Of a stretch of 57,760 bases of DNA, positions 19,416 to 28,237 are shown in pieces. The DNA is from a virus (taxonomy: Duplodnaviria; Caudoviricetes), in the IMG/VR virus record IMGVR_UViG_3300048858_000021, positions 1 to 57,760 of that record; one strand, written 5' to 3'. Both the position numbers and the translations under genes were made by a program. Each line of letters opens with the position of its first letter. The stretch's first letter is position 1. The notes beneath the pieces are model-generated. The model had not been told where the DNA came from, ran no database searches, and worked only from the letters and a program-made list of their open reading frames with translations.

Positions 19416-20072
19416 ATGATCAGCGAGACGATGCTGCCTGAGACCAGCCGAGACAGCGACAAGAGCGACGTCGCCTTCCACGATATGGAGCAGACGTGGG
19501 AGCGGTGGGCTGACCGCCGCGTGCGGTTCTTCGACTTCCAGAAGGACGCTGCCGAGTCGGCTCTCGCCGTGCTGGGCATCATCATGCCCATCGACGAGAT
19601 CGCCATCATGGTGACCGACGAGCACCAGGAGTACCATCTCCTCGAGGGTGCCGTGCGCAACGGGTGGCGCGTGTTCAACGCCGCCGAGGACGCCGTCGAG
19701 ACGTACCCGATCAAGTCGGAGTACCGGGTGCACTACACCTTCCTCGACCACCCGGAGACCGGCTACCGCCTGGAGATCATGCGTCTCCTGGACGGCATCA
19801 GCCCGCTCCACATGGCGCTCTCCTCGAACGCCTTCCTCGCCGACCACCTCACCCCGGTGATGGTGCACGCCTCGTTCAAGGTGAAGGACCTCACGCAGTT
19901 GGGTGAGATCGAGTCCCGCCTGACCGACAGCGGTTCGTTCATGCTGGCGCAGGGATGCCGGTCGACCTACGGCGCGTTCGCGTACTACGCGCGCACCGAG
20001 AGCAACGACCTCGGGTCCGACGACCTCACGGTCTACCTGAAGCCCCGGGTGAACCTGCGGGACCAGGCGTGA
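19416..20072 (+). CDS. Hypothetical protein, possible VOC/glyoxalase-like fold
   Basis: IDEIAIMV...LEIMR...VHASFKV resembles VOC metal-ligand strands; fold is inferred. Confidence 0.55.
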   Translation: MISETMLPETSRDSDKSDVAFHDMEQTWERWADRRVRFFDFQKDAAESALAVLGIIMPIDEIAIMVTDEHQEYHLLEGAVRNGWRVFNAAEDAVETYPIKSEYRVHYTFLDHPETGYRLEIMRLLDGISPLHMALSSNAFLADHLTPVMVHASFKVKDLTQLGEIESRLTDSGSFMLAQGCRSTYGAFAYYARTESNDLGSDDLTVYLKPRVNLRDQA

Positions 20073-20767
20073 CCGCCCCACGAATGGCGCTCGGCTACCC
20101 GCCACGGGTGGCGGTGTTCGGCGCTCGTAGCGGCAGCCTCGGCGCGGCAGTGGCTACCCGGCTCCGGGCGCAGGGCGTGAGCGTGCGCACGTACGGCATC
20201 GGTGACGAGGACGTGCCCATCTCGTACAACTTCATGACGCTGGACGCCGAGATGGCCGACTACATGCCGTCGGACGTCCTGGTCACCACCGGCATGAACC
20301 GCCCTCGCAAGATCGACGCGGCGGACTTCGAGGCGGTGTTCAACGAGACGATGAACGCCAACGTGACGCTGCCCCTGCGGGTCCTCCGTGCAGCCATCGA
20401 GAACGTTACGGCCGACGTTCGGTCGGTGGCGTTCATCAGCAGCAACAGCGCACATATCGCGAGGACAGAGAGCGCGGCGTACTGTGCGAGCAAGGCCGCC
20501 CTTTCGATGGCGATCCGTGTGGCTGCGAGGGAGCAGGCGGGTCGGGGTCCGATCGTCTATGGGTACGAACCCGGTCTCCTCGACGGCACCCCGATGACGG
20601 AGAAGAGCGCTGCCTCGTTCGGTGGTGCGCTGCACCGCATCCCCGGTCTACCGCCCCGCGAGGGTCTGGACGTGGAGTGGTTCGCGGAGTACGTCGCCGC
20701 CAACCTCATCCACCCGTCGATGGCCCTCAACGGCACGCTGATGCGCCTGGACGGAGGAGAGCAGTGA
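20069..20767 (+). CDS. Short-chain dehydrogenase/reductase (SDR)
   Basis: GARSGSLG cofactor loop, NAN, ISS, catalytic YCASK, EPG. Confidence 0.88.
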   Translation: MTAPRMALGYPPRVAVFGARSGSLGAAVATRLRAQGVSVRTYGIGDEDVPISYNFMTLDAEMADYMPSDVLVTTGMNRPRKIDAADFEAVFNETMNANVTLPLRVLRAAIENVTADVRSVAFISSNSAHIARTESAAYCASKAALSMAIRVAAREQAGRGPIVYGYEPGLLDGTPMTEKSAASFGGALHRIPGLPPREGLDVEWFAEYVAANLIHPSMALNGTLMRLDGGEQ

Positions 20768-21156
20768 GCGCGGGAAAGGTCTACATCTCTGGCCCGATCA
20801 TGCACGCGACCAGCGAGCAGCAGGACGCATTCGGTGCAGCGAAGCGCGTGCTCGAGCGCCTCGGGATGGAGCCGGTGAACCCGAAGGAGGTGGACGCCTG
20901 CCCCGAGAGGGACTGCGCCCGCGCTCCGCACGAACTCGAGAAGGGCATGGAGCATTCCTGGGCGTGCTATCTCAAGTACGACCAGAAGGCCCTCCTCGAG
21001 TGCGACGCGATTCTCATGCTGCCCGGCTGGATGGAAAGCCGTGGCGCCATCGAGGAGAACCACACCGCGATCATCTCCGGAATGCGTGTGCTGTACTTCA
21101 CGAACCGGGGTGTCATGGAGATCAACCGCTACGGTGCGATTCGCACCTTCGACTGA
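20764..21156 (+). CDS. DUF4406 / nucleoside 2-deoxyribosyltransferase-like protein
   Basis: KVYISGP, VNP, LLECDAILMLPGWMESRGA..E. Confidence 0.85.
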   Translation: MSAGKVYISGPIMHATSEQQDAFGAAKRVLERLGMEPVNPKEVDACPERDCARAPHELEKGMEHSWACYLKYDQKALLECDAILMLPGWMESRGAIEENHTAIISGMRVLYFTNRGVMEINRYGAIRTFD

Positions 21157-21169
21157 AAGTGGGACAGCA

Positions 21170-21595
21170 ATGACCGGAAACTCGAACCACCCGCCCATCC
21201 AGGCGTACGCCCTGGACCTCCACCAGAACAGCGTCGACCATGGCTTCTGGCCCGACGCGGTCGAGGGCGAGCCCGGCTTCCCGACGCGCAACTTCGGCGA
21301 GATGATCGCCCTGATGCACTCGGAACTGAGCGAGGCGCTGGAGGAGCACCGGGCCGACCGCCCGGCCTTCTACCACGACCCGGACACGGGCAAGCCGGAG
21401 GGCATCGCGATCGAACTGATCGACGCGGCCATCCGCGTCTTCGACGCGCTGGGCAGCATGGTCGACACTGCGCAGGGCGGCATCGAGGGCGCCGACCAGG
21501 ATGGAAACCCGATCGTCCTGCCGATCGACAACCTGTTCAACCTCAAGGCCGTGTTCAACAGCGGTCGTCCGCCGAAGCACGGCAAGGCGTACTGA
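21170..21595 (+). CDS. MazG-like NTP pyrophosphohydrolase
   Basis: IALMHSELSEALEE...ELIDAAIRVFD. Confidence 0.85.
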   Translation: MTGNSNHPPIQAYALDLHQNSVDHGFWPDAVEGEPGFPTRNFGEMIALMHSELSEALEEHRADRPAFYHDPDTGKPEGIAIELIDAAIRVFDALGSMVDTAQGGIEGADQDGNPIVLPIDNLFNLKAVFNSGRPPKHGKAY

Positions 21596-21680
21596 CCGGA
21601 TCGAGCAGGGCGGCCCTTGTCCGTGGTACGATGTGTCTCATCGGCCAGGGCAAGGGCCGCTGTCGTAGTGGGGAGAAGCA

Positions 21681-22802
21681 ATGACAGGCAAGGACGTCGA
21701 GCGCTGGGCCGACGAGTTCATGTTCACTGCCGAGACGAGTGACGCTGCGGCTGGCCCGCAGGCGTACCTCCTGGGTGGTCCCAACGACCCCCTCGGTCAG
21801 ATCGCCGCGTGTGCGAAGATGTACCTCGGCGAAGTCGTGCGCGACCTGGCGGACGTCACCGACGACGAGCGCCGGTACTACGCTGCGGAGATGCAGAAGA
21901 CGAAGTTGAAGATGCCCCTCGAGGCTGTCAACTTCCACTTCATGATCGAGGGCGTCACGCGCGGTTTCACGCACCAGATGGTGCGCCAGCGCACGGCGGC
22001 CTACGCTCAGGAGTCGACGCGGTTCGCGGTCAAGGAGGACATGACCACTGCGACCGCCCTCCCGCCCTCCCTCGCAGGCACCGTGTCGTTCGACCAGTGG
22101 GCCGAGGGGATGGGCTGGGACGAGAAGACCGGCATCCCGGAGGAGTGGGGGCGTTTCGCCAGCGAACGGCAGAAGCAGCGCTTCCGTTGGGACGAGGCGG
22201 TCAAGACCGTCGGCTCGGCGTACATGGACCTCGTGAACACGGGGATGCCTGCCGAGGACGCGCGCGGTCTGATGCCGACCAACATCACGACGCGACTCAA
22301 CTACATCACGAACCTCCGTGGCATCCTGGACCACGCGGGCAACCGGCTGTGCACTCAGGCGCAGTTCGAGTGGCGCGTGGTGTTCGCTCAGATCGCGAAC
22401 GCGCTGCGTGCCTACGGGCGCTCGCAGACGTACCGCGTTCGGGAGCGCGTCGACCGCTCAGACGAGGGTCGGGGCTCGTACGCCAACGAGGCCGAGCGCC
22501 CGTCTGCCTGGCAGTACGAGGTCCTCGCCGACCTGTTCCGGCCCGTCTGCTACGCGACCGGCAAGTGCGAGTTCATGGCGAACTTCGACCGCAAGTGCAG
22601 CATCCGAGACCGGGTGCAGGCCAGCCACGACATCAACCGGTCGAGCACCGAGTGGGGCGAGGAGTACGACAACGTCCAGGGCAACCCGCTGATCACCGGC
22701 GTCGGCCCGCAGAGCGTGGTCCGCGACGAGGGCGGCACCCCCGTCTTCATCGGCGCCATCCACCCGCGCGAGTGGCTCGCCGATCCGGCGGCTGCACGAT
22801 GA
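21681..22802 (+). CDS. thyX: Flavin-dependent thymidylate synthase ThyX (divergent)
   Basis: FMIEGVTRGFTHQMVRQRTAAYAQESTRF (RHRx7S with H to Q), EDARGLMP, AQFEWR. Confidence 0.85.
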   Translation: MTGKDVERWADEFMFTAETSDAAAGPQAYLLGGPNDPLGQIAACAKMYLGEVVRDLADVTDDERRYYAAEMQKTKLKMPLEAVNFHFMIEGVTRGFTHQMVRQRTAAYAQESTRFAVKEDMTTATALPPSLAGTVSFDQWAEGMGWDEKTGIPEEWGRFASERQKQRFRWDEAVKTVGSAYMDLVNTGMPAEDARGLMPTNITTRLNYITNLRGILDHAGNRLCTQAQFEWRVVFAQIANALRAYGRSQTYRVRERVDRSDEGRGSYANEAERPSAWQYEVLADLFRPVCYATGKCEFMANFDRKCSIRDRVQASHDINRSSTEWGEEYDNVQGNPLITGVGPQSVVRDEGGTPVFIGAIHPREWLADPAAAR

Positions 22803-23239
22803 GCGGGGCGCTGGTCGCTCTGACGGAGCCGAGCCCTCGGGAGGAGATGCTCCTTCAGACCGCTCGTGCTGCCGCGTCGTTCTCGACGTGCAAGCGCCGT
22901 CAGGTGGGTGCAGCCATCATCGGACCGGACGACAAGATGATCGCGATGGGGTACAACTCCATGAATCCCATGCACGGGTCGTGCGGTGACGGTGACTGCC
23001 CGCGCGGGAACCTCTCCTACGACGACCAGCCGAAGGACGTCGGGTACACGAACCCCGACGCGCCGTGCCACGCGCTGCACGCCGAGGAGTGGGCCGTCAT
23101 CAACGCGATGGGGCTGGGTGCCACGCTCTACATCCTTCGCCAGTCGTTCATAGTCGTGACGCACAAGCCGTGCCCGAACTGCGAGCGCTTCATCCGTGGG
23201 GTGGGGCTCCAGAACATCGTCTACGACGACCGTGGCTAA
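22799..23239 (+). CDS. dCMP deaminase-family protein
   Basis: STCKRRQVGA, GYN, HAEE, PCPNC zinc deaminase motifs. Confidence 0.9.
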   Translation: MSGALVALTEPSPREEMLLQTARAAASFSTCKRRQVGAAIIGPDDKMIAMGYNSMNPMHGSCGDGDCPRGNLSYDDQPKDVGYTNPDAPCHALHAEEWAVINAMGLGATLYILRQSFIVVTHKPCPNCERFIRGVGLQNIVYDDRG

Positions 23240-23489
23240 GCCGCAGCCCGCCCTCCCTGAGCCCACGGACCCCGCCGAGTACGCGGGGCTCGTGGGCCAG
23301 ATGGTCGAGGACGCACGTGACGAGGACGGGGACATCTTCTACTGCCCGCACAGCGCGGCCATCATCGCCCACACGGGCGGCCTCGTGAGCGGCACGGGCG
23401 AGGACGCCGACTGGTGGGTGCACGACAGTGGAGAGTGCGGCTTGCCCGCTCAGGCGAAGAGGCCAAAGCACCTTCGACGCGGACACTGA
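23232..23489 (+). CDS. Hypothetical protein (85 aa)
   Basis: GTG 23232 overlapping upstream gene; CPH..WVH..GEC. Confidence 0.55.
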   Translation: MAKPQPALPEPTDPAEYAGLVGQMVEDARDEDGDIFYCPHSAAIIAHTGGLVSGTGEDADWWVHDSGECGLPAQAKRPKHLRRGH

Positions 23490-23594
23490 GTCCTTTCTGT
23501 CCGTTCTGGGAGTAGGTGTACCCATCTGGGCGATCTGTCTGCTAGAGTGGTCGTACCGGCTCAAGAGGGCCGGTCAGCCGCAGCAGGAGGAATC

Positions 23595-24929
23595 ATGAAG
23601 AAGATCGTCCCGGGCCTCAGCGCCCTGGCCCTGGGCGTGGTGGGCGTCGTCGCCTTCGCGCCGGTCGCATCGGCCGCCACGTGCGTCCCGAGTGCGGGCA
23701 CCCCCGCCGTCGCTCCCACTTCCACCGAGGTCCTCGTGACGCCGGGCACCCCGGGCTCGCCCGCCGTGACGCACAACGAGACCCGCTTCGTCCGGACGGT
23801 CATCGACGTCCCCGGCAAGCCCGCTGTCGACCCGGTGTACCGCACCGACGAGAAGTGGTCGCGCTCCACCTTCATCGAGGGCTGGACCAACACGAACGAG
23901 ACCCGCATCGTCGTGCTCGTGCCGGGCGTCGACGCCGTCACGCACGAGGAGTACCGGTTCCAGCGGACGGTCATCGACCAGCCGTACGTCCCGGGCATCC
24001 CCGCGATCCCGGCCGTGCCGGACCGCACCGAGGAGCGCCTCGTCACCCCGGCCTACGACGAGACGGTCGTCGTCACCCCGGCCTGGGACGAGCAGGTCCT
24101 CGTGTCCGAGGCCGTCCCCGCCGTTCCCGCCGTCACGCACGTCGAGTACCTCTACAAGCACTTCGTCACGGGCAAGACGCAGTGGTCGAAGGTCCCGCTC
24201 GGCTGGGGCTGGATCGAGATCGACTGCAAGACCGTCGTCGACGTCCCGGCCGTCCCGGCGAAGCCCGCCGTCTACAAGACGGTCCACCACGAGGCCGTCA
24301 CGAAGGTCGTGCACCACGACGCCGTCTACGAGACCGTGACGATCCCGGGTACGCCCGAGGTCCCCGCCGTCCCGGAGATCCCGGAGGAGTCGCACGTCGA
24401 GACGACCGACTGGGTCCTCACCGCGCCGGAGGGTGGCGGCTGGGAGCAGATCGACCAGCGCACCGTCACCGACGTCGAGGCGATCCCCGCCGTCACCCGG
24501 ACCGAGTACCGCCACACCCGCGAGGTGCTGGTGACGCCCGGCGAGGACGCGGTCGAGGAGATCTCGCACGAGGAGTCCGTGTGGGTGCCCGAGGAGGAGG
24601 ACGCTCCCGAGGGCTACACCGCCACCGAGGACGTGCGCACCGTCGTCGACCAGCCCGCCATCGAGGGCACCGAGGACGTCTACGAGACGGTCACGACCCC
24701 GGGCAGCCTCGGCACCCCGGCCGTCGTGTGCTCGCCGTCCGACATCTCGGTCGTGACCACCGCCGAGAAGACCGCCACCCGGGCTGCGACCCCGCAGTCC
24801 GAGGACACCGAGACGCTCGCCGAGACCGGGTCCGACATGGCCCCGCTCTACGTGGCCGGTGGTCTCCTGGCCCTGGGTGGCGCGCTGATGGCGACCCGCC
24901 GTCGCATCTCCAGCCACAACGAGGGCTGA
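23595..24929 (+). CDS. Secreted, LAxTG sortase-anchored cell-wall protein (444 aa)
   Basis: AGGAGG RBS; signal peptide MKKIV...PVASA; V/P/T/E-rich repeats; LAETG + TM helix + RRR tail. Confidence 0.88.
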   Translation: MKKIVPGLSALALGVVGVVAFAPVASAATCVPSAGTPAVAPTSTEVLVTPGTPGSPAVTHNETRFVRTVIDVPGKPAVDPVYRTDEKWSRSTFIEGWTNTNETRIVVLVPGVDAVTHEEYRFQRTVIDQPYVPGIPAIPAVPDRTEERLVTPAYDETVVVTPAWDEQVLVSEAVPAVPAVTHVEYLYKHFVTGKTQWSKVPLGWGWIEIDCKTVVDVPAVPAKPAVYKTVHHEAVTKVVHHDAVYETVTIPGTPEVPAVPEIPEESHVETTDWVLTAPEGGGWEQIDQRTVTDVEAIPAVTRTEYRHTREVLVTPGEDAVEEISHEESVWVPEEEDAPEGYTATEDVRTVVDQPAIEGTEDVYETVTTPGSLGTPAVVCSPSDISVVTTAEKTATRAATPQSEDTETLAETGSDMAPLYVAGGLLALGGALMATRRRISSHNEG

Positions 24930-25080
24930 CGGTCCGGCTGGTTAGGCTGGCGGACCGGGCGCACACCGCGCTCGGCCCGCTGGCCCGACCCGCTGGGCCG
25001 TAGAGCGCCTAACAGGGCTGGGTCGGGGCAAGGGCCGAGGGGCACTCCTCGGCGCGTACACGCGAGGGAAGGCGATAGCC

Positions 25081-26346
25081 GTGGCAGAGGACAAGACGTA
25101 CGACGAGGACCACGAGTCGGAGGCCTGCGAGGACCATGGCGGGGAGGGTGTCTCGCAGCAGAACTCGCCGGGAGTGTGGATCACTTCGATCACCCCGGAC
25201 CAGGCGAAGGAAGCCGGTCGTAACGTCGGCAGCACAGTTCGTCTCATGCTCGACAACCAGAAGGCGCTCCGGGAGGGGTTCCTGTCGGGGCTCCTGGAGG
25301 TCGCTGAGGGCGACGAGACGCACGTGGAGATCGGCGGCGTCCGCATGACGACCCGCCAGTACGAGGCGTCCACGGTGCACCTGCGGGAGACCCTCGGTAG
25401 GCTCAAGGCGGAGAACGACCGCCTCCAGAACCTGGCGCGGGGCTTCGAGAACCCGTCCGGTTTCACCGGACCGGACGTGCCGTGCACGCCGTGGGTTCCG
25501 GAGTTCAGCGAGGACGAGGAGCCCACCGTCTCGGCGGCCGCCCGGCAGGCGCTCGGAGCGGCGTCGGTGTGCTGGGACGAAAAGGGCATGTTCCTCTCGG
25601 AGCGTGCCAACTGGATCGCTGATGGTCTCCTGGCGTTCGTCGATGAGCACTACCGCGAGGTCGAGCACGCCTTCTTCCCGGAGGACAAGGCGTACGAGGT
25701 GCTCGGCCTCTTCACCGACGACACCCCGGCGATGGAGCAGTGGGAGCGAGCCGAGCGGGTCGGTCAGGTCGTCAACGGGTGGCTCGCCTCTGTCCGTAAG
25801 GGCTGGGGCACCGACACCGGGCAGGGCTACGAGACCCCGCCGATCGAGCCTACCATCACCGACTCGGGTGCGCCCGGTCTGATGCCGGAGGACTTCGAGG
25901 CGGCCCTGGGGCTCGTGTGCGAGCAGTGCGGCGCGCCGATCGGCCAGTGGTGCGACCTGTCCGTCGGCGGTATCGAGAGCGGCAACCCCGCCCTCCACGC
26001 GATCCGCCTCCAGATGGCGCAGGGGTTCAAGCCTCCGCTCCCGTCGGCCGGGCGCCTCCTGGACGAGACGAAGCCGACGATCAAGACGCTCCAGGAGCCG
26101 GACGTCGAGTGGGGCGGTGGCGAGGGCGTCAGCGACGAGGCGCCGGGTCGCAAGACGATGGTGTACGTCGGCACGATCATGGACCTGACGGCCGACGTGG
26201 ACCGGTGGCTCAGGGAGCGCATCCCGGAGAAGGCGGCACGTGTGGCGGCTCGTCAGACCAGCGCGAGTGGCGTCGCGGACGGCAACGGCTGGATCGAGTC
26301 GCTGGCGTGGGTGCTGGCCCGCAAGATCGAGGAGGCCTCGCTGTGA
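25081..26346 (+). CDS. Hypothetical protein with zinc-finger segment
   Basis: 421-aa ORF; CEQCGAPIGQWC...H..R. Confidence 0.7.
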   Translation: MAEDKTYDEDHESEACEDHGGEGVSQQNSPGVWITSITPDQAKEAGRNVGSTVRLMLDNQKALREGFLSGLLEVAEGDETHVEIGGVRMTTRQYEASTVHLRETLGRLKAENDRLQNLARGFENPSGFTGPDVPCTPWVPEFSEDEEPTVSAAARQALGAASVCWDEKGMFLSERANWIADGLLAFVDEHYREVEHAFFPEDKAYEVLGLFTDDTPAMEQWERAERVGQVVNGWLASVRKGWGTDTGQGYETPPIEPTITDSGAPGLMPEDFEAALGLVCEQCGAPIGQWCDLSVGGIESGNPALHAIRLQMAQGFKPPLPSAGRLLDETKPTIKTLQEPDVEWGGGEGVSDEAPGRKTMVYVGTIMDLTADVDRWLRERIPEKAARVAARQTSASGVADGNGWIESLAWVLARKIEEASL

Positions 26347-26561
26347 TCCTGGACGTGCTCGGGTGGCTCCTGGTCGCGGTGCTGGTGGCCCTGGTCCTGT
26401 TCGTCGGCTCTGCGGCCGTGGCTGGCGTTCTGAGGGCCGTACGGCAGCCCTCCCGGGCGGAGGCCTGGGACCAGGGCTGGGAGGCGTCTGAGGCGCACCG
26501 GGCGATGCCAGCGGTGTACGGCAAGGACAACCCGTACCGGGAGGAGAAGACCGATGGCTGA
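26343..26561 (+). CDS. Membrane protein (72 aa)
   Basis: N-terminal TM; AEAWDQGW...NPYR; GTGA coupling. Confidence 0.65.
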   Translation: MILDVLGWLLVAVLVALVLFVGSAAVAGVLRAVRQPSRAEAWDQGWEASEAHRAMPAVYGKDNPYREEKTDG

Positions 26562-26949
26562 CAACCTCGTGGCTGGGGACCTCTCGGCCATCATCAAGAA
26601 CGTGTTCTACTCGTACCGCGACCAGGGTCGCACCATGCACCAGGCGGCCGAGGAGGCCGAGCGTCGCATCCTCGAGCGGCTGGGTGCGGAATCGGCTACC
26701 AGCGGCGTCGACCCGAGCACCATCCGCCTCGGCAACCTCGTGGGAATCCACGACATCATCAAGGAGGCCAGCCGCCAGGCGCACGAGATCGGCAACCGAG
26801 GGCAGGCTGGCAAGGCCCTCCACCTGGCGGCGGACCTAGGGCTCGACTACGCCCGCGACTGGCCCATCGTGGTCGGTGTGTGGGTGGCCGTGGAGATGCT
26901 CCTGACCGGTGCAGCGCTGCCGGTGGAGGACCACGTCAATGCCTCGTAG
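26554..26949 (+). CDS. Hypothetical protein (131 aa)
   Basis: GGAGGAG RBS, operon-packed. Confidence 0.65.
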   Translation: MADNLVAGDLSAIIKNVFYSYRDQGRTMHQAAEEAERRILERLGAESATSGVDPSTIRLGNLVGIHDIIKEASRQAHEIGNRGQAGKALHLAADLGLDYARDWPIVVGVWVAVEMLLTGAALPVEDHVNAS

Positions 26950-27139
26950 CCGCAACCGCATCAAGAAGAGGCCTGGCACGGTGGAGCAGCGCGTGGAGAA
27001 GTTGCTTCGGGAGGCCGAGCACTACGCGAACCAGAACAGCGCGTACACGCTCGAGTTCGCACGGTGCAAGGCACAGGTCGCAACCGCCCTCATCGAGTTT
27101 GAGCGGTTCAAGGCCGAGAAGAAGGGAGGGAAGAAGTGA
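26939..27139 (+). CDS. Basic hypothetical protein (66 aa)
   Basis: GGAGGA RBS then ATG 26939. Confidence 0.55.
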   Translation: MPRSRNRIKKRPGTVEQRVEKLLREAEHYANQNSAYTLEFARCKAQVATALIEFERFKAEKKGGKK

Positions 27140-27342
27140 CACCGGACCCGAACGAGTTCAGTCTGAGCCCGGGGGACGTGGCGGAGCGATTGGGCGTGAA
27201 TCCCAAGACCGTCACCCGTTGGGCGAAGGCAGGAATCATCGACTGCCTGGTCCTTCCTTCCGGGCACCGTCGCTACTCGGAGGCCTCGATCGAGGCGATG
27301 AAGAAGAGGGCGGAGGAGCGTGCGGCACGCCAGGCGCTTTGA
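27136..27342 (+). CDS. BldC/Xis-like MerR-type HTH protein
   Basis: LSPGDVAERLGVNPKTVTRWAKAG...GHRRY closely follows the BldC-family signature. Confidence 0.85.
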   Translation: MTPDPNEFSLSPGDVAERLGVNPKTVTRWAKAGIIDCLVLPSGHRRYSEASIEAMKKRAEERAARQAL

Positions 27343-27382
27343 GACCCCGCCCCGGCATTCCCGACGCAGGAGTCCGAAGAAG

Positions 27383-27466
27383 ATGTCGATTGGCGACCGC
27401 GTGTTGCTCGGGGCGGGTCTCGTAGCCATCGCCATGATCGTGAGAGTAGGAGCGTGGCTGGCATGA
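27383..27466 (+). CDS. Putative TM micropeptide (27 aa)
   Basis: MSIGDRVLLGAGLVAIAMIVRVGAWLA; AGGAG upstream; ATGA coupling downstream. Confidence 0.4.
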   Translation: MSIGDRVLLGAGLVAIAMIVRVGAWLA

Positions 27467-27633
27467 ACATCTGGGAGTTCTACGACGTTCGCGAGGCGCA
27501 GACAAGGCGCATTCAGAGCGACAGCATCCGTTTCATCGACGGCGGGCTGGCGTTCTTCAACAACGACAACGAGACGTTGGTCCTCGCCATTCCGGCTGGG
27601 AACTGGCACGAACTCAAGGAGATCCTCCAGTGA
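27463..27633 (+). CDS. Hypothetical protein (56 aa)
   Basis: MNIWEFYDV...AIPAGNWHELKEILQ; AGGAG RBS; coupled on both sides. Confidence 0.6.
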   Translation: MNIWEFYDVREAQTRRIQSDSIRFIDGGLAFFNNDNETLVLAIPAGNWHELKEILQ

Positions 27634-27983
27634 AGAACGCGCGGTATCACATCGAGAAGGCCGAAGAGGCGCTCGACAACCTGTACGCGGAGATGGAGAT
27701 CGACGGCCACACCGTGACGAAGGAGGACCTCGACCTGGCCCTCCACCTGTCCGGTGTGCACGCGACTCTCGCCCTCGCCATCGTGCAGTCGGAGGCGGCG
27801 ACGGAGACCGTGGACCTCGTGGCTGACGGCGCGACCGTCGCCTCGTACCCCGAGGAGGTGCTCCAGTGCTTCTACCCGGGCGAGCGGTTCGAGACGTTCC
27901 GGCCAACGGACGGGGAGGAGTTCGGAGGTCGTCGCACATGGGAGGTCAACGACTCCGGCATCCCGTTCCAGACCAGCGTCTAG
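27630..27983 (+). CDS. Hypothetical protein (117 aa)
   Basis: AAGGAG RBS, GTGA overlap. Confidence 0.65.
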   Translation: MKNARYHIEKAEEALDNLYAEMEIDGHTVTKEDLDLALHLSGVHATLALAIVQSEAATETVDLVADGATVASYPEEVLQCFYPGERFETFRPTDGEEFGGRRTWEVNDSGIPFQTSV

Positions 27984-28237
27984 CAGCGCAGCCCGAAGGG
28001 CTGACGTCAGCCTACCCTACGAGGCAAGTCGAGGGGTAGGAAGGCGGGGAGAACGGTGGTTCCCGGGGAGGGCGGTTTGGAGTCGAGCCCCCTCCCCGGG
28101 TCGCCTAGAAAGATCGAACTTCGGAGTTCCGGGGTGTCTCGGATCAATGTCGACAAAGGGGCTCCTCCGGGCTCCTGTGGCATATGGGTGGAATTGGGCC
28201 GTTCTGTACGGGTGAATGTCTCCTCCGTCAGCCGCCA

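Noticed and set aside
21809-23239. 476-aa ORF suggesting a long deaminase fusion
   Set aside because: The N-terminal part is an off-frame overlap with thyX; the likely start is ATG 22799 coupled to the thyX stop
27136-27342. Excisionase implying a temperate lifestyle
   Set aside because: No tyrosine or serine integrase, or ParAB, recognised anywhere in the complete genome
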